Source: Verrucomicrobiota bacterium (GTDB lineage: Bacteria > Verrucomicrobiota > Verrucomicrobiia > Limisphaerales > CANJSG01). From it: a DNA stretch of 60,678 nucleotides. Made by a program: the position numbers and the translations under genes. The DNA lies in contig JBBQXJ010000019.1 in the NCBI GenBank assembly GCA_038209745.1, forward strand, positions 1 through 60,678, written 5' to 3'. Shown piece after piece: positions 1-9,051 of this stretch; position 1 is the first letter of the stretch; the number at the start of each line of letters is the position of its first letter. The notes beneath the pieces were generated by a model that was given only the letters and a program-made list of their open reading frames with translations, had not been told where the DNA came from and made no database searches.

Positions 1-1
1 G

Positions 2-784
2 GCGATCGACGTCTATGAACGCTGCACCGGCATGACCGTTCCAGCGCGCCATCCGTATGCCGGCGAACTCGTCTTCACCGCCTTCAGCGGCTCGCACCAG
101 GACGCGATCAAGAAGGGCTTGGCCGAGTGGGACGTCAAAAAATCGGAAATCGGAAATCGGAAATCGGAAATCTTCTGGGACGTGCCCTATCTGACGATCG
201 ATCCCGCCGACATCGGCCGCGAATACCGCGAGGTCATCCGCGTGAACAGCCAGTCCGGCAAGGGCGGCGTGGCCTACCTGCTCGAGTCCGAATTCGGCAT
301 GGATTTGCCCAAGGACATGCAGCGCGAATTCGGCCCCATCGCCAACGACCTGGTCGATGCGCTCGGCCGGGAGGTGAAGGGCGAGGAGCTGAAGGCGATG
401 TTCTGGAAGGAGTACATCGAGCGTGAGACTCCGTTTCGCCTCGGGACATTTCGGACAGTAGGCGAACACGGTCAGGTGATTTGCGATGCCACGGTGTTCA
501 ATAGAACACCGGCAGGGGAACTGCAGATTCTTGCCAAAGGAAAAGGAAATGGTCCCTTGGCGGCATTTGTCAACGGCCTGACCTCATATGGCGCGTCAAA
601 CATCCAGAAGTTTGAAATCGTCGACTACCGTGAACACGCCCTCAGTGAAGGAGAAGAGGCCTCGGCCATCGCCTACATCCGGATCAAGCTGGCCGACGGC
701 AAATCGCGCTGGGGCGCCGGGGTGGACACCAACATCGAGCTCGCGTCGATCAAGGCGGTGCTCAGTGCGCTGAACCGGCTTTGA
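2..784 (+). CDS. leuA: 2-isopropylmalate synthase (yeast-type LeuA), C-terminal part; 5'-truncated by the window edge
   Basis: Motifs RHPYAGELVFTAFSGSHQDAIKKG, WDVPYLTIDPADIGR, IRVNSQSGKGG, GNGPLAAF, YREHAL, WGAGVDTNIELASIKAVLSALNR; frame is open back to base 2. Confidence 0.93.
   Translation, partial: AIDVYERCTGMTVPARHPYAGELVFTAFSGSHQDAIKKGLAEWDVKKSEIGNRKSEIFWDVPYLTIDPADIGREYREVIRVNSQSGKGGVAYLLESEFGMDLPKDMQREFGPIANDLVDALGREVKGEELKAMFWKEYIERETPFRLGTFRTVGEHGQVICDATVFNRTPAGELQILAKGKGNGPLAAFVNGLTSYGASNIQKFEIVDYREHALSEGEEASAIAYIRIKLADGKSRWGAGVDTNIELASIKAVLSALNRL
140..172 (+). repeat. Tandem heptamer (AAATCGG)x4 + AAATC inside leuA
   Basis: Read directly: aaatcgg at 140, 147, 154, 161, then aaatc; encodes KSEIGNRKSEI. 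Confidence 0.95.
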
Positions 785-895
785 GTGCCCGGCCTGCGGG
801 GATTTCGCCGTGAAACCGCTTTCCCCGGCTTCAGGAAATCGGCTTTGACTGCCTTCGGTGCTCCGCTAGTGTCCGCAGCCTGTTTTGATTCGCAT

Positions 896-2149
896 ATGGC
901 CAAATTGACCGTCAATGACATCCCGTTCCAGGGTCTCCGGACCTTTGTCCGCGTCGACTACAACGTCCCGATGGAGGACAAGGACGGCCAGATGGTCATC
1001 AACGACGCGACCCGCATCCAGGAAACGCTGCCCACGCTGCGGCTCCTGATCGAAAAAGGCGCCAAGATCATCCTCGCCGCGCACTTGGGCCGTCCCAAGG
1101 GCCAGCGCGAACCGTCGATGTCGCTCAAGCCCGTCGCCGCCAAGCTTTCCGAACTCCTCGGCAAGCCCGTCGCCTTCGTCGACGACTGCATCGGCGAGAA
1201 GGTCGAGGCCGCCGTCGCCCAGTTGAACCCCGGCGACCTGCTGCTGTTGGAGAATGTCCGCTATTACAACGAGGAAGAGTCCAACGATCCCGCCTTTGCC
1301 GAGAAGCTGGCGAAGAACGCCGACGTGTATGTGAACGACGCGTTCGGCGCCGCCCACCGGGCCCATGCGTCCACCGAAGGCGTGGCCAAAGTCGTCGCTG
1401 CGCGCGGTGGCAAGGCCGTGGCTGGATTGCTGATGGAGCGTGAGCTGAAGTTCCTCGGTGACGAGCTGGCCAATCCGGCCCGTCCGTTCATCGTCATCCT
1501 CGGCGGCGCCAAGGTCTCCGATAAGATCAAGGTCATCGACACCCTGTTGAACAAGGCCGACACCATTCTCATCGGCGGCGCGATGGCCTACACCTTCCGT
1601 CTCGCGGCCGGCGGCACGGTCGGCAAGTCCCTCGTCGAGCCCGACAAGACGGACGTTGCGACTGCGGCGGTCGCGAAGGCGAAGGCCAAGGGCGTCCAGT
1701 TCCTCCTGCCCAGCGACAACATCACCGCCACCCCGGTGAAGACCGACAAGCTGAACAAGAAGGGCAAGCCCATCTTCGACCTTCAGAATCCCCGCGTGAA
1801 CGTCGGAAACATCTCCGACACCGAGGAAGGATTGGACATCGGTCCCGCGACCGCGAAGCAGTTCTGCGACGTGATCGCCTCGGCCAAGACGGTTCTCTGG
1901 AACGGCCCGATGGGCATGTTCGAAGACAAGCGTTTCGCCGAAGGCACCAACGCCGTGGCCAAGGCCGTGGTGGAAGCCACCCAGAAGAACGGCGCCAAGA
2001 CGATCATCGGCGGGGGCGACAGCGTGAAGGCCATCAACAAGGCCGGTCTCGGCGACAAGGTCACCTTCATGAGCACCGGCGGCGGTGCCAGTCTCGAATT
2101 TCTCGAAGGCGCCCCGCTCCCCGGTTTGGCGGCGTTGAGCGAGAAGTAA
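896..2149 (+). CDS. pgk: Phosphoglycerate kinase
   Basis: RVDYNVP, HLGRPKG, LLENVRY, YVNDAFGAAHRAHAS, GGAKVSDKI, WNGPMGMFE, STGGGASLEFLEG; ATG at 896. Confidence 0.97.
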   Translation: MAKLTVNDIPFQGLRTFVRVDYNVPMEDKDGQMVINDATRIQETLPTLRLLIEKGAKIILAAHLGRPKGQREPSMSLKPVAAKLSELLGKPVAFVDDCIGEKVEAAVAQLNPGDLLLLENVRYYNEEESNDPAFAEKLAKNADVYVNDAFGAAHRAHASTEGVAKVVAARGGKAVAGLLMERELKFLGDELANPARPFIVILGGAKVSDKIKVIDTLLNKADTILIGGAMAYTFRLAAGGTVGKSLVEPDKTDVATAAVAKAKAKGVQFLLPSDNITATPVKTDKLNKKGKPIFDLQNPRVNVGNISDTEEGLDIGPATAKQFCDVIASAKTVLWNGPMGMFEDKRFAEGTNAVAKAVVEATQKNGAKTIIGGGDSVKAINKAGLGDKVTFMSTGGGASLEFLEGAPLPGLAALSEK

Positions 2150-2175
2150 CCATTTTGCACCCTTCAACTGACGTC

Positions 2176-2940
2176 ATGGACAAAGAGCGAAAACTGATCA
2201 TCGCCGGCAACTGGAAGATGAACAAAACGGTGGCCGAGGCGTTGGATCTCGTCCAGGGCCTCAAGCGCGAGCTGGCCTCCGTGAAGGACATCGACATCGT
2301 CGTCTGCCCTGCCTTCACCGCGTTGAGCGAGGTCTCCAAGGAGATCCTCAGCTCCAACCTCCGCCTCGGTGCGCAGAACATGAGCGAGAACGGCTATGGC
2401 GCCTTCACCGGCGAGATCGCCGCGGGCATGCTGCGCGACCTCTCGGTCCGCTACGTCATTCTCGGCCACTCCGAGCGCCGGCAGTTCCAGAAGGAATCCG
2501 ACGCCCTGGTCGCTGCCAAGGCGAAGGCCGCCCATGCCTCGAACTTGATCCCCATTGTCTGCTTCGGCGAATTGCTGGCCGAGCGCGAAGCGGGCATGAC
2601 CGAGAAGGTCGTCGAGACCCAGGTTCGCGGCAGTCTCGCCGGGTTGACCAGGGAACAGGTCACCGAAACCGTTCTCGCCTACGAGCCCGTCTGGGCCATC
2701 GGCACCGGCAAGACCGCCTCCAGCGCGCAGGCGCAGGAGGTTCATGCCTTCATCCGCCAGCTGCTCGCGACACTGTTCGACGAGGCCACGGCTAAGCGGG
2801 TCCGGATCCAATACGGCGGCAGCGTCAAAGCCGCCAACGCCCGCGAACTGATGAGCCAGCCCGATGTGGACGGCGCTCTCGTGGGTGGTGCTTCGCTCGA
2901 AGAGCGCGGCTTCGTGGAAATCATCAAGAACTCCCTCTGA
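2176..2940 (+). CDS. tpiA: Triosephosphate isomerase
   Basis: AGNWKMN, GAFTGE, GHSERR, AYEPVWAIGTG, YGGSV, DGALVGGASL. Confidence 0.97.
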   Translation: MDKERKLIIAGNWKMNKTVAEALDLVQGLKRELASVKDIDIVVCPAFTALSEVSKEILSSNLRLGAQNMSENGYGAFTGEIAAGMLRDLSVRYVILGHSERRQFQKESDALVAAKAKAAHASNLIPIVCFGELLAEREAGMTEKVVETQVRGSLAGLTREQVTETVLAYEPVWAIGTGKTASSAQAQEVHAFIRQLLATLFDEATAKRVRIQYGGSVKAANARELMSQPDVDGALVGGASLEERGFVEIIKNSL

Positions 2941-2947
2941 TCGACCT

Positions 2948-3373
2948 ATGCTCAACTTCTTAATCGGTCTTCTGACCGTCCTCATGCTCCTCTCCTGCGG
3001 GTTGTTGACCCTGCTGGTGCTCGTCCAGTTGCCCAAGAAGGAAGCCGGCGCCGGCATGGCCTTCGGGGCCGGCACGGCCGACGCGCTCCTTGGCGCGGGT
3101 TCCGGCAACGCGCTGACCAAGATCACCAAATACACCGCCGCAGCGTTCTTCATTCTCTGCGTGGCTCTTTGGCTGACCTACAACCACAAGAACCGGAGCG
3201 ATTTCAGCGAGATCAACCGCGCTCTCCAGCAGGTGGACAGGGCTCCGAAGCCCGTCGTGCCGACGCCGAAGCAGCCCACCGCCGCCCAGGCAGGAAGCCT
3301 CTTCAGTGGCGCGGCCGCGACCAATATGCCCGCCATCCAGCGCACGAACGCGGTGCCAGCGGCTAAACCCTGA
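2948..3373 (+). CDS. secG: Preprotein translocase subunit SecG
   Basis: Two TM segments, VLVQLPK..GAGMAFG, LTKIT; follows tpiA as in many bacteria. Confidence 0.88.
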   Translation: MLNFLIGLLTVLMLLSCGLLTLLVLVQLPKKEAGAGMAFGAGTADALLGAGSGNALTKITKYTAAAFFILCVALWLTYNHKNRSDFSEINRALQQVDRAPKPVVPTPKQPTAAQAGSLFSGAAATNMPAIQRTNAVPAAKP

Positions 3374-3398
3374 GCCCGACGCTTTTCCTTTTACAAAG

Positions 3399-3426
3399 GG
3401 CGCCCCGGCGACGGGGCGCCTTTTTT
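3399..3426 (+). terminator. Intrinsic terminator after pgk-tpiA-secG
   Basis: GGCGCCCCG-gcga-CGGGGCGCC followed by TTTTTT. Confidence 0.85.
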
Positions 3427-3464
3427 GTTTCGCCAGACTTCGCCCGCCGGGGCAATGAGAAGCC

Positions 3465-4286
3465 ATGAATTCACGACTGGGTCGGATCGGGCGGTTGATC
3501 GGCGTGGCGGTGGTCCTCGCCGTTTTTCCCCGCACCTCGCCGGCGGCCGCGCCCGTGGCCAAGAAGCCGGTGCTGCTCTACAGCCGCTGTTTCAACGGCG
3601 CCGGTGAGACGCGCTATCTGCCGGACGGCACCTTCAAGGACGTGCTCCAGCGTCTGGGCCCGGATTTCGAGGTCCGCGTCAGCTCCGAGCCGTTGAACCG
3701 CAACCTGCTCAAAGACGTCGCCGTGGTCCTGGTCGCCAATCCCAACGACGTCGCCGTCGGAACGAATCCGCCCCCGCGCCATGTCGTCGCCGTGGACGTG
3801 CTGGAGATCCGTCGCTACGTGAACGACGGAGGCGGGTTCATCGTCATGGACAACCAGGAGGGGCACAACGTCGAGGTGCCGCACATGAACTCGTTGCTGG
3901 GCGCCTTCGGCCTCGCCTTCACCAACGCCTACACCGATGTGAAGCGGCTCACGGTGCCCGAGACCGCTCCGATCATCGGCGGTCTCCGCTGGGGCTACTA
4001 CACGGGCAACCAGGTCCTGCTCCGGACGAACAGCCCGGCGAAACCGCGCGCGGTCGTCGTGAACGATCTTTCGCAGAAGCTGCTCGGCGGCAAACGCGAC
4101 GTCGCCGGGGTGTTGCTCGCGGTCTCGGAGCCGGGGAAGGGCCGCGTGGTCGCGGTGACGGATTCCGGCTGGATCTCCAACGACGCGCTCAGCGGCAAGG
4201 GCATCGGCGGTGTCGGAATCAAAGAGCAGGACAACTTCGAGATCTTCCGTCGCTTGGCGCGCTGGGCGGCGCAGGTGGGCGAATGA
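3465..4286 (+). CDS. Secreted hypothetical protein, class I glutamine amidotransferase-like/DUF4350-type fold
   Basis: Signal peptide; pattern IRRYVNDGGGFIVM...NSLLGAFG...GKGRVVAVTDSGWISN...DNFEIFRRLARW. Confidence 0.6.
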   Translation: MNSRLGRIGRLIGVAVVLAVFPRTSPAAAPVAKKPVLLYSRCFNGAGETRYLPDGTFKDVLQRLGPDFEVRVSSEPLNRNLLKDVAVVLVANPNDVAVGTNPPPRHVVAVDVLEIRRYVNDGGGFIVMDNQEGHNVEVPHMNSLLGAFGLAFTNAYTDVKRLTVPETAPIIGGLRWGYYTGNQVLLRTNSPAKPRAVVVNDLSQKLLGGKRDVAGVLLAVSEPGKGRVVAVTDSGWISNDALSGKGIGGVGIKEQDNFEIFRRLARWAAQVGE

Positions 4287-4340
4287 TCCCCGGAACAAGG
4301 CGTTGTCCGATCCCGCGGCGGCTCCCACGTTGATCGCCCG

Positions 4341-5663
4341 ATGCTCAACCATCTCTGGCTTGGAATGTTGGTGGTCGCCGTGCTCATCGGCGGCTTCACC
4401 GGGCATCTGAAGGAGACCACCGACGGCGCGATCGACTCCGCCAAGACCGCCGTCACGCTGGCCCTCGGTTTGATCGGGGTGATGACGCTCTGGCTCGGCA
4501 TCATGCGCTTGGCCGAGAGATCGGGACTGGTCTCGGTGTTGGCGCGCGTTCTTCGTCCGTTGTTGCAGCGGCTTTTTCCCGACGTCCCGGGAGACCATCC
4601 CGCGATGGGCTCCATGGTGATGAACATCGCCGCGAACATGCTGGGACTGAACAACGCCGCGACGCCACTCGGCCTGCGCGCCATGCGCGATCTGGAGACG
4701 CTCAATCCCCATCCGGGAACGGCGACGAACGCGATGTGCACCTTCCTCGCGATCAACACCGGTTCGGTCCAGCTGGTCTCGGTCAGCGCCATCGCGATTC
4801 TGGCGGCCGCCGGATCGAAGAGCCCGACGGCCATCGTGGGCACCACGTTGTTGGCGACGCTCGTGTCGTCCATCGCGGGCATTGCGCTGGTGAAGGTGCT
4901 GGAACGTTTTTCTCCTTTGCCCGCCGGGCGCGGAAGATTCGAGAGCTTGGCGGTCGTCGATCCGGCAGAAACGCCGGTCGTGAAGGAATCCCGACTGGTT
5001 GGGCTGGATTGGTGGCGCTGGCTGGTGCTCGGCGGATTTGTCGCCACGTTCCTCTGGTTCTTCGTCCAGCTGTCGTTTTCCGGTCTGGAGGGAGCCACGT
5101 CTTCGGCGGATGCGGTGGAGCAGGCGACTTGGATCCGGGCGCTGAACGCCGTCTCGTTGCTGGCGGTGCCGTTCATGATCTCCTTCTTCCCGCTGTATGC
5201 GTGGCTGCGCGGGTTGCCGGTCTACGAAGAGTTCGTCGAGGGCGCCAAGGACGGCTTCGGCGTCGCGGTGCAGATCATCCCGTATTTCGTGGCCATGCTG
5301 GTGGCGATCGGCTGCTTGCGTGGCGCCGGAGCGATCGAAATGTTCACCCAATGGCTGACGCCCGTGTTGGCGCTGGTGAACTTCCCTCCGGAACTCGCAC
5401 CGATGGCGTTGATTCGGCCGCTGAGCGGCAGCGGGTCCATGGCGGCGCTGTCCGATCTGGTGCGCACCCTCGGTCCGGACCATCTGATCACGCGGATGGC
5501 GGCGACGCTCTTCGGCAGCACGGAGTCGACCTTCTACGTGATCGCGGTCTACTTCGGGTCCGTGGCGGTGAAGCGCACGCGCCACGCGATCTGGGCCGGG
5601 CTCGGCGCGGATCTGGCCGGGATCATCGCGGCGGTGATCGTCTGCCGGCTGGTCTTCGGGTGA
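4341..5663 (+). CDS. SpmA/SpmB fusion membrane protein (nucleoside recognition Gate domains)
   Basis: MTLWLGIMRLAE, LFPDVPGDHPAMG, NIAANMLGLNNAATPLGLRAM, YEEFVEGAKDGF, RPLSGSGS, GSTESTFYVIAVYFGSV. Confidence 0.9.
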   Translation: MLNHLWLGMLVVAVLIGGFTGHLKETTDGAIDSAKTAVTLALGLIGVMTLWLGIMRLAERSGLVSVLARVLRPLLQRLFPDVPGDHPAMGSMVMNIAANMLGLNNAATPLGLRAMRDLETLNPHPGTATNAMCTFLAINTGSVQLVSVSAIAILAAAGSKSPTAIVGTTLLATLVSSIAGIALVKVLERFSPLPAGRGRFESLAVVDPAETPVVKESRLVGLDWWRWLVLGGFVATFLWFFVQLSFSGLEGATSSADAVEQATWIRALNAVSLLAVPFMISFFPLYAWLRGLPVYEEFVEGAKDGFGVAVQIIPYFVAMLVAIGCLRGAGAIEMFTQWLTPVLALVNFPPELAPMALIRPLSGSGSMAALSDLVRTLGPDHLITRMAATLFGSTESTFYVIAVYFGSVAVKRTRHAIWAGLGADLAGIIAAVIVCRLVFG

Positions 5664-5682
5664 GAAGCGGGCGGTGGCGGGC

Positions 5683-6459
5683 CTATCTTGCCAGGCCGCG
5701 TTCGCTTGATTTGGCGAATTCGATCAGGTGTAGGACCTCCGGAAGCTGGGGCAGCTCGGCTTCCATTTTCGCGAGGGCATTGGTCATGGAAAGCCCTTCA
5801 CGGAAGAGGATCTTGTAGGCTTGGCGGAGAGCCGAGACCGCTTCGTCGGACACTCCGTGGCGTTCCATTCCGATCTTGTTTATGGTGCGGGTCCCAGCGG
5901 GGTTGCCGTCGCAGATCATGAAGGGCGGAATGTCCTGCACGACCTTGGAACAGCCCCCGATCATGGCGAACTGTCCGATGCGGCAGAATTGATGCACGCC
6001 GGTGACTCCCCCGATGATGGCCCTGTCTCCGACCGTGACGTGACCGGCGAGCGTCGCCGCGTTCGACATGACGACGTGGCTGCCGAGCTTGCAGTCGTGG
6101 GCGACGTGGCAGTAGGCGAGGATGTGGTTGTCGGAACCGACGACCGTCGCGTCGCCGTCGCCCGTGGCGCTGTGGACGGTGACGTATTCGCGGAAGGTGT
6201 TGCGGTCGCCGATGCGCGTCCAAGTGGTGCCGCCCTGCCACTTGAGATCCTGGGTCTTCAGCCCGATGGAGGCGAAGGGCAAGATCTCGTTGCCCTCGCC
6301 GAGGACCGTATGGCCGTCGATCACGACGTGGGAATGGAGCCGGCAATTCGCGCCGAGCACGACATTCTCGCCGAGGACGCAGTAGGGCCCGATTTGGCAG
6401 CCGTCTCCGATCTGCGCGCCGGCGTGGACGACCGCCGTGGAGTGGATCGTGGTGCTCAT
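5683..6459 (-). CDS. lpxA: Acyl-ACP--UDP-N-acetylglucosamine O-acyltransferase
   Basis: Hexapeptide repeats, QDLKW, FREYVTVH, HVAHDC, LAGHV, VHQFCRIG, QDIPPF; ATG overlaps the lpxC-fabZ stop; this is the real C-terminal part of the 1051-aa track ORF. Confidence 0.95.
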   Translation of the reverse strand: MSTTIHSTAVVHAGAQIGDGCQIGPYCVLGENVVLGANCRLHSHVVIDGHTVLGEGNEILPFASIGLKTQDLKWQGGTTWTRIGDRNTFREYVTVHSATGDGDATVVGSDNHILAYCHVAHDCKLGSHVVMSNAATLAGHVTVGDRAIIGGVTGVHQFCRIGQFAMIGGCSKVVQDIPPFMICDGNPAGTRTINKIGMERHGVSDEAVSALRQAYKILFREGLSMTNALAKMEAELPQLPEVLHLIEFAKSSERGLAR

Positions 6460-7796
6460 CCTTCGTTGTCCACGATCATGAAGGTGACGTCGGCTTCGCT
6501 GACCGTCTCGCCGTCCACGGTGCAAACACCCTTGGCCTTGCCGATCTTGCCGCGGGATTTGGTCATCTCCACGGTGATGACGAGCGTGTCGCCGGGGCGC
6601 ACGGGCTTGCGCCACTTCACGTTCTCGGCGGACATGAAGTAGGCGATCTTCCCGGCGTTCTCGGCCTGCTTCATCATGAGAATGCCGGCGACCTGCGCGA
6701 TGCCCTCCAGCTGGAGCACGCCGGGCATGATCGGGTGGCCGGGGAAATGTCCGGCAAAGAACGGCTCGCCCATCGTCACCTGCTTCACGGCGACGACGAG
6801 GTTGCCCTCGATCTTCGTCACCTTGTCCACCATGAGGAACGGCGGCCGGTGCGGCAGCATCTTCATGACCTGGATGATGTCGAGAACCGCGCCGTCGCGG
6901 ACCAGCGGCTCGGGGGCGCTGACGGGCTGCGGCGGCGGGGCGAAGGTCTGCACCCTCTGCAGCGGCTTCTTGATCTGGGCGACGATCAGTTTGGCCAGTT
7001 CGCAGTTCGCGCCGTGGCTCGGCTTCACCGCGATGATGTGGGCGTTGAGCGGTTGGCCCACGAGCGAAAGGTCGCCGACGATGTCGAGGATCTTGTGCCG
7101 GACGAACTCCTCCGGGTAGCGCAGCGGCTCGTTGGTCAGGATGGCGTCGTCGCGGATGATGACCGCGTTCTCGAGGCTGCCGCCCTTGATCAGGCCGTTC
7201 TTGAAGAGGAACTCGATCTCCTCGAAGAAGCAGAAGGTGCGCGCGTGGCTCAACTCCTCCTCCCAGGACTTGGGGTTCACCTCCAGGCTGTAGAACTGGG
7301 TGAACCGCCCCTTCTTGTCGGCGCTGGTGCAGGTGATCTTGAAGCCGTCGTGGGGGAAGACGGACATCATCGTCTCGCCCTGGTTGAACTCGATCGGCTG
7401 CGTGATCCTGTGGGTCTCGCGCACCTCGGTCTGCGCCACGATGCCCGACTGGTGGATCATGCGCACATACTCGCGGCTGCTGCCGTCGGCGATGGGCGGT
7501 TCGTTCGAGTCCAGCTCCACGATGGCGTTGTCCACTCCCATGCCGGCGAAGGCCGCGAGGATGTGTTCCACGGTGTGGATGCGGACATTGCCCCTGGCCA
7601 ACGTGGTCGAGCGGTTCGTCTCCGAGACCATTTCGACCCGCGCCTCGATCTCCGGCTTGCCGTCGAGGTCGACGCGACGGAAGCGGATCCCGGTTCCCAC
7701 CGGCGCGGGCAGGAAGGTCATCCCGACCTTGTTCCCGCTGTGGAGGCCGATCCCAGAAAAGGCGACGGCTTCCCTCAGAGTATGTTGTTGCGGCAC
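6456..7796 (-). CDS. lpxC: Bifunctional UDP-3-O-acyl-GlcNAc deacetylase / 3-hydroxyacyl-ACP dehydratase (LpxC-FabZ)
   Basis: GIGLHSG, HTVEHILAA, EPPIADGSS, ARTFCF, RHKILDIVGDL, then FabZ LPHRPPFLMVD, FFAGHFPGHPIMPGVLQLE; GTG start. Confidence 0.95.
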   Translation of the reverse strand: MPQQHTLREAVAFSGIGLHSGNKVGMTFLPAPVGTGIRFRRVDLDGKPEIEARVEMVSETNRSTTLARGNVRIHTVEHILAAFAGMGVDNAIVELDSNEPPIADGSSREYVRMIHQSGIVAQTEVRETHRITQPIEFNQGETMMSVFPHDGFKITCTSADKKGRFTQFYSLEVNPKSWEEELSHARTFCFFEEIEFLFKNGLIKGGSLENAVIIRDDAILTNEPLRYPEEFVRHKILDIVGDLSLVGQPLNAHIIAVKPSHGANCELAKLIVAQIKKPLQRVQTFAPPPQPVSAPEPLVRDGAVLDIIQVMKMLPHRPPFLMVDKVTKIEGNLVVAVKQVTMGEPFFAGHFPGHPIMPGVLQLEGIAQVAGILMMKQAENAGKIAYFMSAENVKWRKPVRPGDTLVITVEMTKSRGKIGKAKGVCTVDGETVSEADVTFMIVDNEG

Positions 7797-7962
7797 GCGC
7801 GGGATTTAACGGAAACGGGCGAAGACCGGGCAACTGAAAGTTTCGGCCGATGAACGACGCGGAGAAGTGCCCAAAGTTTGTGGTCGCTCCGTGGGTCGAG
7901 ATCAAGACCTCCATCTCGCCTCTTCCCACGGCGGGGCGGGATCGGGTTAAATCGGTCCTCTT

Positions 7963-8892
7963 ATGAGCAAAACGGCGCTTCTTTTCGCGGGCCAAGGGGC
8001 CCAGGCAGTCGGCATGGGCCAGGATCTCGCGGAGGCCTTTCCCGAGGCCAAGGCTTGGTTCGACCGCGCCAATGCCGCCCTCGGCTACGACCTCGCCTCC
8101 ATCTGTTTCAACGGACCGGAAGCGGAGCTGACCAGGACCGAGAACGCCCAGCCCGGCATCTACCTCGTGAGCTGGATCGCGCTGGAGCTGTTGAAGGCGC
8201 GCGTGCCCGGCCTGCAATACGAAGGCGTCGCCGGATTGTCGCTTGGCGAATTCACCGCCCTCGCCGCCGCCGGTTCCTTCAGTTTTGAAGACGGGTTGAA
8301 GGTGGTCCGCCGGCGCGGCCGCTTCATGCAGGAAGCCTGCGAAGCCACCCAAGGCGGCATGGCCGCGATCATCGGCCTGGCCGAGGAAGAGGTTCGCCTC
8401 GTCTGCGGTGAAAGCGGCGTCGAGCTGGCCAATCTGAATTGCCCCGGCCAGATCGTCATCTCCGGCGCGGCGGACAAGCTCCCCGCCGCCTGCGAACTGG
8501 CCAAGGCCAAGGGCGCCAAGCGCGCGCTCCCGCTCCCGGTGGCCGGCGCCTACCATTCGTCGCTCATGGCCGGGGCCCAGCCGAAGTTGAAGGACGAGCT
8601 TTTCAAGATCGAGGTCGCCGCACCCAAGGTCACGACCTGGTCCAACGTCACCGCGCGGCCGCACGTGGACGCGGAAAGCATCCGACTCGCGCTCGTCCAG
8701 CAGGTCACTTCGCCGGTGCTTTGGGAGAAAACGATGCGCCAGATGTTGGCGGCCGGGTTCACCCGGTTCATCGAGCTCGGGCCCGGCTCCGCGCTCAGCG
8801 GCTTCATGAAGCGGATCGACAAGGCCGCCGCTATCCACAACGTCGCCGACGTCGCCAGCCTCGACGCCACGGTGAAGGCTCTCATGGCCTGA
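7963..8892 (+). CDS. fabD: Malonyl-CoA:ACP transacylase
   Basis: FAGQGAQAVGMG, TENAQPGI, GLSLGE, ANLNCPGQIVISG, LPVAGAYHS, ELGPG. Confidence 0.95.
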   Translation: MSKTALLFAGQGAQAVGMGQDLAEAFPEAKAWFDRANAALGYDLASICFNGPEAELTRTENAQPGIYLVSWIALELLKARVPGLQYEGVAGLSLGEFTALAAAGSFSFEDGLKVVRRRGRFMQEACEATQGGMAAIIGLAEEEVRLVCGESGVELANLNCPGQIVISGAADKLPAACELAKAKGAKRALPLPVAGAYHSSLMAGAQPKLKDELFKIEVAAPKVTTWSNVTARPHVDAESIRLALVQQVTSPVLWEKTMRQMLAAGFTRFIELGPGSALSGFMKRIDKAAAIHNVADVASLDATVKALMA

Positions 8893-8925
8893 GACCGCTG
8901 TGGCGGCTCAAGGAGGCTTTTTTTT
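8887..8925 (+). terminator. Possible terminator after fabD
   Basis: Imperfect GCCT-GAG-CCGC/GCGG-CTC-AGGC stem followed by a T8 run. Confidence 0.4.
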
Positions 8926-9051
8926 GGGTGTTTTTCCAGGGCGCGGCAGCCCGCGAGCCGATATCAGCCGGCCTGTTGTTCAAAGCAGGCCGACTCAAAT
9001 CGAAATTCCTCCGATTGACCGACGCGCCCGGTCAGCGGACAAATGGGATTT

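Noticed and set aside
4905..4940. Possible repeat-derived insert in spmAB (FSPLPAGRGR)
   Set aside because: Only a 5-bp palindrome in a naturally variable linker
6456..7796. LpxC-FabZ fusion as a novelty
   Set aside because: Established fusion, known for example in Bacteroidota
5683..8838. 1051-aa minus-strand ORF
   Set aside because: Only the last 258 aa are real (lpxA); the rest is an off-frame or antisense shadow of lpxC-fabZ and fabD
9010..9040. tgaccg-N7-cggtca before cydA as an FNR box
   Set aside because: Does not fit TTGAT-N4-ATCAA; a 6-bp IR is expected by chance
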